A stretch of 64,000 bases of DNA. Origin: an uncultured bacterium (lineage in GTDB: Bacteria > Muiribacteriota > UBA6191). Location: the NCBI GenBank assembly GCA_964539825.1, contig CAZIKF010000026.1, forward strand, positions 1,304-65,303, in the 5' to 3' direction. The notes beneath the pieces are model-generated. The model was not told the DNA's origin. It saw only the letters and a list, made by a program, of their open reading frames with translations, and ran no database searches. Position 1 is the first letter of the stretch. Each line of letters starts with the position of its first letter. The position numbers and the translations under genes are program-made. This document shows positions 1 to 8,857 of the stretch, one piece after another.

Positions 1-36
1 CTTCAGGGACAGGGCTTTAGGTTCGAGAGGTCACCG

Positions 37-480
37 ATGGCATTGAGTTTGAATAGTCGGGTTGAAATCCTTCTGGTCGAGGACAACCCAGGTGATGTTC
101 GTCTGGCTAAGACAGCCCTAAAAGAAGCTGAGTTTGAAAACCATATCAGTGTGGCTAAAGATGGTGTAGAAGCGCTTTCCTTCTTGAGGCAGGAGGGGCA
201 GTTTGAACAGGCTCCGCGACCTGACATTATTTTGTTAGATTTGAATCTACCCCGTAAAAGCGGCCACGAAGTGCTCGAAGAGATCAAAGCCGATGAGAAT
301 CTAAAACGAATCCCGGTCGTGGTTCTAAGTACTTCATCCTCCGAAGAAGATGTTTCCCAGAGTTACTACCTGAGGGCGAACTGTTATGTCAGCAAGCCTG
401 TAGACCTCGATGAATACCTTGAAACACTCAAGACCATTGGTCTCTATTGGAGTTCCGTGGTCACTCTTCCCATCCCATAA
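37..480 (+). CDS. Single-domain CheY-like response regulator (Rcp1-like)
   Basis: ILLVEDN acidic pocket, PDIILLDLNLP phospho-Asp motif, LSTS, KP motif; 147 aa. Confidence 0.92.
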   Translation: MALSLNSRVEILLVEDNPGDVRLAKTALKEAEFENHISVAKDGVEALSFLRQEGQFEQAPRPDIILLDLNLPRKSGHEVLEEIKADENLKRIPVVVLSTSSSEEDVSQSYYLRANCYVSKPVDLDEYLETLKTIGLYWSSVVTLPIP

Positions 481-562
481 AGCACAAAAAGTTTGTTTGT
501 TTTTGTTGTTTTTTCGTTTTCCACTAGCCGATTTGTACTTTAGTCCCTATTCTTATAAAAGT

Positions 563-619
563 ACTATCTGACAGGATAGTCAGCGGTGGCAACTGAGTTC
601 GGCACTCAGGCAATGGAGG
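563..619 (+). promoter_or_regulatory. Two short hairpins and a Shine-Dalgarno upstream of the second response regulator
   Basis: actatc/gatagt (563-580) and ctgagt/actcag (593-609) inverted repeats, then GGAGG at 615-619, 7 nt before ATG 627. Confidence 0.4.
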
Positions 620-626
620 AACACGG

Positions 627-1082
627 ATGTTCGGGCGTACGACGCAATCTTTTCATATCCTCTTGGTCGAGGATAATCTCGGAGACATAAGACTGGCCGA
701 AGAGGCTTTAATTGAGTCCCCCATTGAGGGGAAATTACATGTAACTCGCAACGGTGATGAGACCCTTTCTTTTCTAAGAAGAGAAGGTCGATTTCAAGGG
801 ATCCCAATTCCCGACCTCATCTTGCTTGATTTGAATTTGCCGGGAATGAATGGGCATGAGATTCTTCAGAAGATTAAGGAAGATGAGAATATCTCTGCCA
901 TTCCCGTGGTTGTTTTCAGCACTTCCTGCTCTGAGGATGAGGTATTGAGAAGCTATAGTCTCAGAGCAAACTCTCATCGTTCTAAACCTATGGAATTTAC
1001 TCAGTATCAGGAAACCATGAATTCTATCCTGGAGTGTTTTAGCCCGGATTTGGGGAGGGAAGCCCTTCCATTTATTGCCTGA
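627..1082 (+). CDS. Single-domain CheY-like response regulator (Rcp1-like), paralog of 37..480
   Basis: ILLVEDN, PDLILLDLNLPG, FSTS, KP motifs; strong RBS; 151 aa. Confidence 0.92.
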   Translation: MFGRTTQSFHILLVEDNLGDIRLAEEALIESPIEGKLHVTRNGDETLSFLRREGRFQGIPIPDLILLDLNLPGMNGHEILQKIKEDENISAIPVVVFSTSCSEDEVLRSYSLRANSHRSKPMEFTQYQETMNSILECFSPDLGREALPFIA

Positions 1083-1119
1083 AATCTCTGTTAAGGTTTG
1101 CTCTAGAAAGCAAACCTAC

Positions 1120-3315
1120 TTAAAACTGATAACCCAGGGATAAGTGGGTCAAAAAATGATCGTCGCTATTGTAGGCGATGTGGGCCTGGGCTGGACCAAG
1201 CCTGGTTTTCTTCTTGATGCTCAGGACCGTGGATTTAAGCATATCCTTGAATTCAAACAAAAACTTGGAGTCTGTGGCAGCTAATCCAGCATATAGATTA
1301 AGACCAAATGAGAGCTTTTCACTTCTGAGGTGTTCTAAACCAAACCGAAAACCCTGTAAATAATTTCCTCCAAGAGCGTGCTTTCTAAATCCAGGCAAGC
1401 TTGCCTCTTCTCGAAAGTTACCGAATCCTCCCAGGGAGAACTTGCGATAGAAAGGGACTAAATCGCCTTTCAAATGTCCGTGCTTAGTACCGAGTATCAG
1501 TGAATTTTTCGCACCGAGAGATAAGTATCTCTCATAGATTAATGTCTTCCTAAGATAGTCAGCATCGGAGTTAAGCTCCTTGTCAGCAAGTTCTATTTGA
1601 GCCTGAAGAAAGGTACCCCGGGTTGGAAAATAGGAGTTGTTGAGACTATCCACCATCAGAACTGCAAAGACTTCAAAGAGCTTTTGTTGTTTTTGCTGAG
1701 CCAGAAAAAAGGGCTCTTCATCAATCCAATTTTTTTCAGCCCTCAATCCGATGCCTGAGCCATGGTTATTATCTAAAACTGAGCCTAGTAAAAGCTCAGT
1801 CCCAATCCGTTTCAGGGGTAGAGGACCCACCGGAACAGCACTTTTAACCGCGAATACATAAGGCTCATCTTCCTCATAGAAGGTACGGGTTCTCAGCCCG
1901 GTATAATGCGAGATCGCGGTCTGGTATAGGAAAAAGTTCTCAAGCTCTACTCGATTCTCATTACCCAGTACTACATCAAAAAGTGTACGAGAGTGAAACT
2001 TTCCGATATAGCTAAGGGTACTGTTGATCAGGACCTGTGTACGATAAGCGCTGTCGTAGCGGATTCCCAGGTTTATATGACCAGACTCCCTCTCCACGGC
2101 ATCCACGATCAGGGTTGTTCCATCCAGAGAATAGGAGACTGTACGAAAGAAGAGAGATCGATAGAGTCTCTCAACGGCTGTGGCCAGCGCTTCCTGAGTA
2201 AAGAAGCCTGGCAGCGAAAGATTTAGTTCTCTTAGTACCCAGGCCTGGGGAACTTTCTTCAGACCTTTAAGAAGAACTTTTTCAAGGTAGACAGGCTGAT
2301 TCTTGATAGCGTTGAGGGGTTTCTTTCCAAGGGGAATCCCCAGTTTGCTCAACCTTTCCTTGATTTCAGGTAGTATCTTTCTGGTTGCTGATTCTCCTCG
2401 TTCAATCCAATTCCTTACCTGGGAAAATTCTGATCTTGAGAGTCCATCCAAGTCAGGAAGTATGAGAATGTCACTCAGGCTTCTTTGTCGATCATTATCT
2501 TGAGAACTGCGAAAACTAATCGCCTGGTCTACGATTTCTAGCATGGACTGTAAATTGGAGCCCTCCAATAGCCCGGTACCTACGTCGACCCCAATGACAA
2601 GGTCTGCTCCTAGATTCTGAACATCCTCCACCGGAAAGTTGCGCACAAGCATTCCATCTACCAGTCTTCTCGAACCCATGTTTACCGGATAAAACACACT
2701 GGGAATGGACATGCTCGCTCGAATTGCGTCTGGCAGGATTCCACTGGTAATCGCGACCGGTTCTCCGCTTGCGAGATCGGTAGCCAGAATCACGATGGGT
2801 ATTGGAAGGTTTAAAAAATTCTTTTCTCCCAGGGCGGGCCAGGTAAGCTTTGAACAGAAAACGGAAAGCTTTTGTCCCTCCACCAGGCCCGATGGAAGTT
2901 TGATTTTCCTCTTTGAGAGGGGAAGGCTGAGCACGTAACGTTGGAACCGTTCTTTTCTATCAAGACTAACCTCTTCTCTTCGAGGTTGGTCGACAAACAA
3001 TTCAGAGAAATTTAAAGAGAGAAAATGATCAATCAGCTCTTTAGCAGACCATCCCACGGCATAAAACCCACCTACTACCGCTCCCATGCTAGTACCGGAG
3101 ATCATGTCAATGGGAATTCCCTCTTCCTCCAGCACCTTGAGTACACCAAGATGTGCCAGGCCTTTGGCTCCCCCACCTGAGAGTGCCAGTCCAATCTTTG
3201 GCACTTTAGAGCCCTTCTCCTCAGCGGAGTCGATCTGCAGGGAAAATAGCATCAAAAACAGGAGTAGAGGGATAAAGGCGGAGCCGCGCCTTGAGAAATA
3301 ATTGAAGAATTCCAT
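1120..3315 (-). CDS. Patatin-like phospholipase with POTRA and Omp85-type beta-barrel (PlpD-like)
   Basis: Signal peptide, LSGGGAKG oxyanion motif, GTSMG nucleophile, DG motif, C-terminal beta strands ending in F (LSLGYQF). Confidence 0.88.
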   Translation of the reverse strand: MEFFNYFSRRGSAFIPLLLFLMLFSLQIDSAEEKGSKVPKIGLALSGGGAKGLAHLGVLKVLEEEGIPIDMISGTSMGAVVGGFYAVGWSAKELIDHFLSLNFSELFVDQPRREEVSLDRKERFQRYVLSLPLSKRKIKLPSGLVEGQKLSVFCSKLTWPALGEKNFLNLPIPIVILATDLASGEPVAITSGILPDAIRASMSIPSVFYPVNMGSRRLVDGMLVRNFPVEDVQNLGADLVIGVDVGTGLLEGSNLQSMLEIVDQAISFRSSQDNDRQRSLSDILILPDLDGLSRSEFSQVRNWIERGESATRKILPEIKERLSKLGIPLGKKPLNAIKNQPVYLEKVLLKGLKKVPQAWVLRELNLSLPGFFTQEALATAVERLYRSLFFRTVSYSLDGTTLIVDAVERESGHINLGIRYDSAYRTQVLINSTLSYIGKFHSRTLFDVVLGNENRVELENFFLYQTAISHYTGLRTRTFYEEDEPYVFAVKSAVPVGPLPLKRIGTELLLGSVLDNNHGSGIGLRAEKNWIDEEPFFLAQQKQQKLFEVFAVLMVDSLNNSYFPTRGTFLQAQIELADKELNSDADYLRKTLIYERYLSLGAKNSLILGTKHGHLKGDLVPFYRKFSLGGFGNFREEASLPGFRKHALGGNYLQGFRFGLEHLRSEKLSFGLNLYAGLAATDSKFLFEFKDMLKSTVLSIKKKTRLGPAQAHIAYNSDDHFLTHLSLGYQF

Positions 3316-3372
3316 GCTTTGTACTACATAGATATCGGTGGACTGGGCGGGACCTGGATAGGAAAAGAGACT

Positions 3373-4590
3373 CTAAATTCGAAGCAAGGCCGATCGAATC
3401 TCTTTGAGTGACGGGCGGCGATTGTACATGAGTGTCCCAATTCGAAAAAGGCGAGCAGAAAGCCACACGAAAAAGACCATAAAAAGAGCCTGTGTGGCCA
3501 GTGATGCGATAATTTCCAGCCAGGATAAATCCGCCAGGCAGTAACGCGTTGTCATCACAAGAGGGGCCGTAAGAGGAAAGAAATTTAAAAAGGTCGCAAG
3601 GGGACCATGCAGCTCCTCAAGAATTATCTGCAAAACATAGATGGGAAGCAAAGAGGCAATGACAAAGAAAGCCGAAAGTTGTTGAGCATCCTTATAGTTC
3701 GCCGCCATTGACCCTATACCGATCATTAGAGCGGCGAAGATTAAGAATCCCATGGTAAAGGACAATGCCCCAAAAATCAGATGATCACTGGGGATTTTTC
3801 CAAACTCAAGGGGTATGTTCATGAGTTTACCGATAGTTGAAAAACTGGTAACGGCCATCACCGTCCAGGTCAAAACTTGAACCAGTGCGGCGGCTCCAAG
3901 CCCGAGAACCTTTCCGGCTATTAACTGGGTATCTCTGAGAGATGAGAGAAGGATCTCAATGGTTCTGTTTTCCTTTTCTTCAGAAACACTCTGTAACAAA
4001 AATGTCGAAGCGGTGCTCTGAAACAAAACAAATAAAATCATGAAAAGGACAGGAACAACCAGGCGGTGATAATCATATGGCGTGATTTCACCCGAGGGGT
4101 TGAGGGTGAATAACTCAAAACGCAGGGTGTTAAAAATTCTCTCCTTATGTTCAGTTTTTTCAATATTTCTGAGAAGTTCTCTACGCAGAAAGGACTCCAC
4201 AGGTTTTTGAAAGCTAGAGCGGGAACCTACACCACGGGTATGAGGAATAATCAAACGCACTCTTCCCGTCTTAAAGTAGTCATCGGGTATGACCAGGCCA
4301 CCCAGAAAATTTCCCTCCTTGAACTGCTTTAGAGACTCGTCCAAGGAGTCCACAAAAAGAAAGGAGCTGGAGGTGTCTTTAGAAAAGTACTTTGTATGGT
4401 CCTCCAATAGGATTTTTTCTCCCTTTGCCAATCTCTCTTCGAGCTTTGATTTTCCATAGGTTTGGGATGTATAGCTTAGAAAGACAAGAAACACACAAAA
4501 GAGCGGTAGAAAGAAGGTAATTGCTAAAAACTGCCATCGCTTTGTAGTCTGCGTAAATTCAAAGCGAGCGACTATGAGAGTTTTTTCCAT
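3373..4590 (-). CDS. ABC-2 type transporter permease (NatB/YhaP-like)
   Basis: N-terminal TM, soluble loop, SVSEEKENRTIEILLSS motif, GKVLG, multiple C-terminal TMs. Confidence 0.88.
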   Translation of the reverse strand: MEKTLIVARFEFTQTTKRWQFLAITFFLPLFCVFLVFLSYTSQTYGKSKLEERLAKGEKILLEDHTKYFSKDTSSSFLFVDSLDESLKQFKEGNFLGGLVIPDDYFKTGRVRLIIPHTRGVGSRSSFQKPVESFLRRELLRNIEKTEHKERIFNTLRFELFTLNPSGEITPYDYHRLVVPVLFMILFVLFQSTASTFLLQSVSEEKENRTIEILLSSLRDTQLIAGKVLGLGAAALVQVLTWTVMAVTSFSTIGKLMNIPLEFGKIPSDHLIFGALSFTMGFLIFAALMIGIGSMAANYKDAQQLSAFFVIASLLPIYVLQIILEELHGPLATFLNFFPLTAPLVMTTRYCLADLSWLEIIASLATQALFMVFFVWLSARLFRIGTLMYNRRPSLKEIRSALLRI

Positions 4591-4634
4591 CCGAGGTTCC
4601 CATCTAAAGGTGGTAGTTTTTCATCAGTGATTCT

Positions 4635-5453
4635 TTAAGATCCGCTCCCTGGGTGAGGGGAGGATTGCAGAAAATTATCTTTGTAGGCATTTTTTAAACT
4701 TTGATAAATCTTAGTGACACCGGGCAACATTATTGATTCCTTCATTTCCCAGCTTTCTTGATCCACGCTAAGAATAGGTACAACTTCCTTTCCTGACCCG
4801 ATAGCAAGAATTTCATCAAAGTTTGGGAGTTCCTGAAGATGTACATCTCTTTGGAATACTTCAAAGACCTTCCTTAATTCCGGTAACAGTACCTGAAGTG
4901 TGATGCCTGGGAGATTATTTTGCACCGGAATGATGATTTGATTTGCAGAGATAAAAAGAAGGTTTGAAGTGCTGCCCTCCAAAATCAAACCCTCTTTTGA
5001 GATCAACAGCAGTTCCTCTTGGTTTCGGTCTAGTTTACCAACAGCGCTATACAGACCAGGATTTTGAAATCCCTTGGCCCTTGGAATTTTTCGCTCAAAC
5101 TCGAACAGCAATCCCCTGAGTCCACCTATCTTCTCTTTGATTGGGAGACCCTCGATCAAGAGCCATTCAGAATTCAGGGTGATTTGTACTTTATGGCAGA
5201 ATTGTTGCTGATCTCTATTGAGGACACTAAGAAATAACTTTTCTACTTCAGAGATACCCAGGCGGGGTTTTAGTCCCAGGAGTTCGAGAGAACGGGTGAT
5301 TCTCTCCAGGTGTAGGGGAAAGAAATAAGGAATAGGGGGTGAGCAGCCTTCAACACGAACACTAGTATAGGCACCTCTTTTCCTATCTTTTCCTCGGATT
5401 GGAATTTCAGTTCCCGATTGATCGAAGCTGATCTGAAATGGGTTTAATGCCAA
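4635..5453 (-). CDS. Class IV aminotransferase / aminodeoxychorismate lyase-like protein
   Basis: LHLERITRS, EGSTSNLLF and LPGIT motifs of PLP fold-IV enzymes. Confidence 0.8.
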   Translation of the reverse strand: MALNPFQISFDQSGTEIPIRGKDRKRGAYTSVRVEGCSPPIPYFFPLHLERITRSLELLGLKPRLGISEVEKLFLSVLNRDQQQFCHKVQITLNSEWLLIEGLPIKEKIGGLRGLLFEFERKIPRAKGFQNPGLYSAVGKLDRNQEELLLISKEGLILEGSTSNLLFISANQIIIPVQNNLPGITLQVLLPELRKVFEVFQRDVHLQELPNFDEILAIGSGKEVVPILSVDQESWEMKESIMLPGVTKIYQSLKNAYKDNFLQSSPHPGSGS

Positions 5454-5498
5454 CTCATGATCCTTTCCATCAAGAGCGCTTGATCCAGGGGACTTGAT

Positions 5499-7868
5499 TC
5501 AGGGCTGAATCACGACTTCTATATTGTGTTTCTCCGGCCTCTTACATTCGCTATCGCTACAGGCTTGAGTATGAAGAAAAAAGTGAATTTTCCTGGTAGC
5601 AGATTCAGCCTGGTAGGGAATGCTCAATTCTACGGCTCCATCATATACAGATAAACCTTCATCACTAAAGTCGAGTTCAAGATCAATTCCATCTGGATAT
5701 TCAATAGATCCAAAGGTATATCCACGTGAGGGAATTGCTTCGACCTTTGTTGCGATCAGGTATTCTTGGTATGGTTCGGAGGAATTGATATGCCACCCGT
5801 CTTCCATTTGTATTTTTACAAGGATCTCAGATTTTTTCGGCACCAGATTTGCCAGGATTGTAAGCGGAAATTTCTCCAGTTGAAACCGGGACGGAGGTGC
5901 TTTGATTCTTTGTGCTGCAGAAATTGGTTTCAGCAGCGGCTTGGAGTCATCTTGGCTGACCACTGTATGGAGTGCCCCCATAAAACTCAAAGACTGCAAA
6001 GGTGATTTCAGTAAATCTGAACTATAGTAGAGAAGTGCCTCTCTGGCCTCTTGTAAATAGCGCGCGTCTTTTGTTGAAAGGTAAAGGCGGACCAGGGATT
6101 CGGTCATCATGCCTGCTGGCGATGGGGTAACATTATCTGATTCCGCTTTTTCCCGTGCCAGTAGAACATCATGTTCGGATGAGGTCAGGTAAAACCCACC
6201 GTTTTCTTGGTCCTTAAATTTTTGTAGCGCGTCATCAACGAGTGATTTAGCGCTTTTGAGCCAGTGCTCATTTTTATCGACTTTGTAAAGCTGCAAGAGT
6301 GCTACCGAAAGATTTGCGTAATCGCTGAGATAGCCAGGAACTCCATTCTCGCCCTCTCTGGAATTATGATAGAGCCTCCTCTTGACTCTCATTTTTTCAA
6401 GAATGTAGTTAGCGCTCCTTTGGGCAGCCTTGAGATAACGGGGTTCCTTTAGTGCGCTTGATGCAAATGCCAGAGCCCGAATCATCAGCCCATTCCAGGA
6501 AACGAGTACCTTATCATCTAGTAGAGGCCAAATTCTTTTAGAACGAATCGTCTGAAGGATTCCCAGTTCCTTCTTAACTGTTTCGGACTTCAAGACAAGA
6601 TTTTCGACATGAGGAAGATTGAGGTAAGGGACAGTTTCTCCCACCTCTGGCCGGTAATTGCCAGACGTCTCGAAGCGAAAAAATTGGGCCAGTTTCTTTC
6701 CCTCTTTTTTTCCAAGGTGTTTTTGAAACTCTTCAATCTTCCAAAGGTAGAAAATCCCCTCCTCTCCCTCGCTATCCGCATCTAGAGCCGAATAAAACGC
6801 TCCTTCTGGAGAGCGCATATCTCGTAATACAAATTCTATAGTTTCCCTCGAGACCTGTTCAAATAAAGGATCTGCTGTAATTTGAAACGCATGTGCGTAG
6901 ACCTGTGCGAGCTGAGCATTGTCGTAAAGCATTTTTTCAAAGTGTGGCAAAAACCATTTTTCGTCGGTGGAATATCGATGAAACCCTCCACCAATTTGAT
7001 CATAAATACCGCCAGAGGCCATTATCCTTAGAAGCTTAAGCCCCATTTGAAGTCGATCTTTCTTTCCTCTAATCTCAAAATCCTCAAACAGGAATAAGAG
7101 TTTTTGATGAGGCGGAAACTTAGGGCCGGGCGTAGCCGGAGATACAAGGTGCTCGAGAGAATACTCAACCTGGCGGATGGCTTCTTTCCTGGAGTTCAAA
7201 TCAAGTTTTGTGGCCTTTTGCCGATCGGTTCCCATGAGGTCCTGAATCGCAGAGACAATGATTTCAGCGGATTCATCAACTCTTTTGCGGCCTTCGCTGA
7301 AAATTCCGAATATCTGGTTAAGAACCGACTTGAATCCAGGTCGAGAATATCTATCTTCCTTTGGGAAATAGGTTCCAGCAAAAAAAGGTTTTCGATCAGG
7401 AGTTAGCCAGACCGAATTGGGCCACCCTCCCCGGCCTCTCTGGATGAGTTGCGTAGCCATCATATAGATGGAGTCAATATCGGGTCTTTCCTCCCGATCC
7501 ACCTTGATGGAAATATACTTTTCATTAAGGATCGCTGCCACTTCCGCGTCCGAAAAGGACTCGCGCTCCATGACATGGCACCAATGGCAAGAAGAGTATC
7601 CTACGGAGAGAAAAATTGGCTTATTTTCTTTGCGGGCACGTTCGAAAGCTTCATCACCCCAGGGGAACCAATTCACGGGATTGGTTGCGTGCTGAAGCAG
7701 GTAAGGACTCTTTTCAAAGATTAGTCGGTTGTATTTTTTGCCCCCATTTTTGGGGAGAGCATCAAGCTCAATTTTAGAAAGATGGGGTAAGGTTCCAGAG
7801 GACACGGGGTAGGAGACCAGGGTGAAAACCACACTCAGGATACACAATAATCCTCTAAGATGAATCAT
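5499..7868 (-). CDS. Exported YyaL/SPATA20-family thioredoxin-domain protein with C-terminal DsbD-N-like domain
   Basis: Signal peptide; [45 protein letters not shown]; C-terminal GWHINS...QACSDSEC typical of DsbD N-terminal domain. Confidence 0.9.
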   Translation of the reverse strand: MIHLRGLLCILSVVFTLVSYPVSSGTLPHLSKIELDALPKNGGKKYNRLIFEKSPYLLQHATNPVNWFPWGDEAFERARKENKPIFLSVGYSSCHWCHVMERESFSDAEVAAILNEKYISIKVDREERPDIDSIYMMATQLIQRGRGGWPNSVWLTPDRKPFFAGTYFPKEDRYSRPGFKSVLNQIFGIFSEGRKRVDESAEIIVSAIQDLMGTDRQKATKLDLNSRKEAIRQVEYSLEHLVSPATPGPKFPPHQKLLFLFEDFEIRGKKDRLQMGLKLLRIMASGGIYDQIGGGFHRYSTDEKWFLPHFEKMLYDNAQLAQVYAHAFQITADPLFEQVSRETIEFVLRDMRSPEGAFYSALDADSEGEEGIFYLWKIEEFQKHLGKKEGKKLAQFFRFETSGNYRPEVGETVPYLNLPHVENLVLKSETVKKELGILQTIRSKRIWPLLDDKVLVSWNGLMIRALAFASSALKEPRYLKAAQRSANYILEKMRVKRRLYHNSREGENGVPGYLSDYANLSVALLQLYKVDKNEHWLKSAKSLVDDALQKFKDQENGGFYLTSSEHDVLLAREKAESDNVTPSPAGMMTESLVRLYLSTKDARYLQEAREALLYYSSDLLKSPLQSLSFMGALHTVVSQDDSKPLLKPISAAQRIKAPPSRFQLEKFPLTILANLVPKKSEILVKIQMEDGWHINSSEPYQEYLIATKVEAIPSRGYTFGSIEYPDGIDLELDFSDEGLSVYDGAVELSIPYQAESATRKIHFFLHTQACSDSECKRPEKHNIEVVIQP

Positions 7869-7927
7869 GAATCTTTTCCTATTCTTACGTCAATCTGGAG
7901 GGATTGGAGGCGGAATTCCAGGGGCTG

Positions 7928-8191
7928 TCAGGTGCTGACTTTGGCTCCGCCAGTCAGCTGAATTCCTGAACCGGGATATTTTTTTTGGAGGTTGTTTAAC
8001 GCTTTTTCCTGAGAGGCTTTAATATCTTCGTTGGTCAAAACGCCGGGATTTCTGGAGACCACAATTTCCATCAGAAGCTCTAATACGGAAAGGCGGAATT
8101 CGTTCTCGATGATCTGCTCAGACATTCGGTTTTGCAGATCTTCCATGCTTGGTTTCTTTTCCGTTACGGTTTCTGTCTCAGCTTCGCTCAT
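7928..8191 (-). CDS. Small hypothetical helical protein (about 87 aa)
   Basis: Part of ORF 7928..8278; ATG at 8191 is preceded by AGGGAG SD, so the start was moved there. Confidence 0.6.
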   Translation of the reverse strand: MSEAETETVTEKKPSMEDLQNRMSEQIIENEFRLSVLELLMEIVVSRNPGVLTNEDIKASQEKALNNLQKKYPGSGIQLTGGAKVST

Positions 8192-8550
8192 AAGTATTCT
8201 CCCTTTGCCTGACCAGTTGATTTTTAAATTTGGCCGGAAATCCGGGCAAACTAAAAACGTCTGGGCATATAACCACAAGCCGCATTATATACAAAAAAGG
8301 AAGTCATTTGTCTGAATTCTCATCCAAACACAAATCTTGTGATTCCTTACCCATTTCATATGATCCTTACAGAGGTATCCAAACCACTTGTCTAAGGACA
8401 TCGCTTTCTATGAAAATCCCGTCTAAAAAGGTCTGAAGTGAACGAAAAGATGTTAGAAGGGAATTTGTGAAAAAAGAACAATCGGGGGAATAGGTCATTA
8501 TTGTGGGATGTCTGGATCTAAAAAAGGTGCTATTTTATTCCCATTCGTAT

Positions 8551-8633
8551 GGTGGAGTGTCCGAGCGGCTTAAGGAGCGCGATTCGAAATCGCGTGTGTG
8601 AAAGCACCGTGGGTTCAAATCCCACCTCCACCG
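8551..8633 (+). tRNA. tRNA-Ser (anticodon CGA)
   Basis: Acceptor GGTGGAG/CTCCACC, anticodon arm CGCGA-TTCGAAA-TCGCG, long variable arm, T arm GTGGG-TTCAAAT-CCCAC, discriminator G; CCA not encoded. Confidence 0.97.
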
Positions 8634-8640
8634 TATTTTG

Positions 8641-8792
8641 GTGATGCGAGAACCGGTGCTTAGGCACGGATTCGGGGGTCCAGGAGCAGCACCTGGAAGC
8701 GGTTCCCTCGTCGAAGGTAGCGATGCACCGTCACCTCTCATGCACTATTCCTGGACCCCCGAATCCGCACTACGCACCGGCTCTCGCATCAC
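8641..8792 (+). repeat. Palindromic GTGA...TCAC element, copy A (152 bp)
   Basis: Terminal IR gtgatgcgagaaccggtgc/gcaccggctctcgcatcac; inner 19-bp perfect IR cggattcgggggtccagga; core ccctcgtcgaag; 7 nt after the tRNA. Confidence 0.9.
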
Positions 8793-8857
8793 GTTCTATT
8801 CTTGAAGGACCATAATAGGCTAAAATTTAAGCTGTGATCTCTTACCTCTTGGATGAA

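Noticed and set aside
483-520. T-rich tract as an intrinsic terminator
   Set aside because: No GC-rich stem precedes the T run.
8551-8640. Integrative element attached at tRNA-Ser
   Set aside because: No integrase and no duplicated tRNA 3' end seen in the window.
8641-8792. Classical integron attC sites for the repeat family
   Set aside because: Ends are GTGA/TCAC, not RYYYAAC/GTTRRRY, and no IntI is in the window; only the bottom-strand folding analogy is kept.
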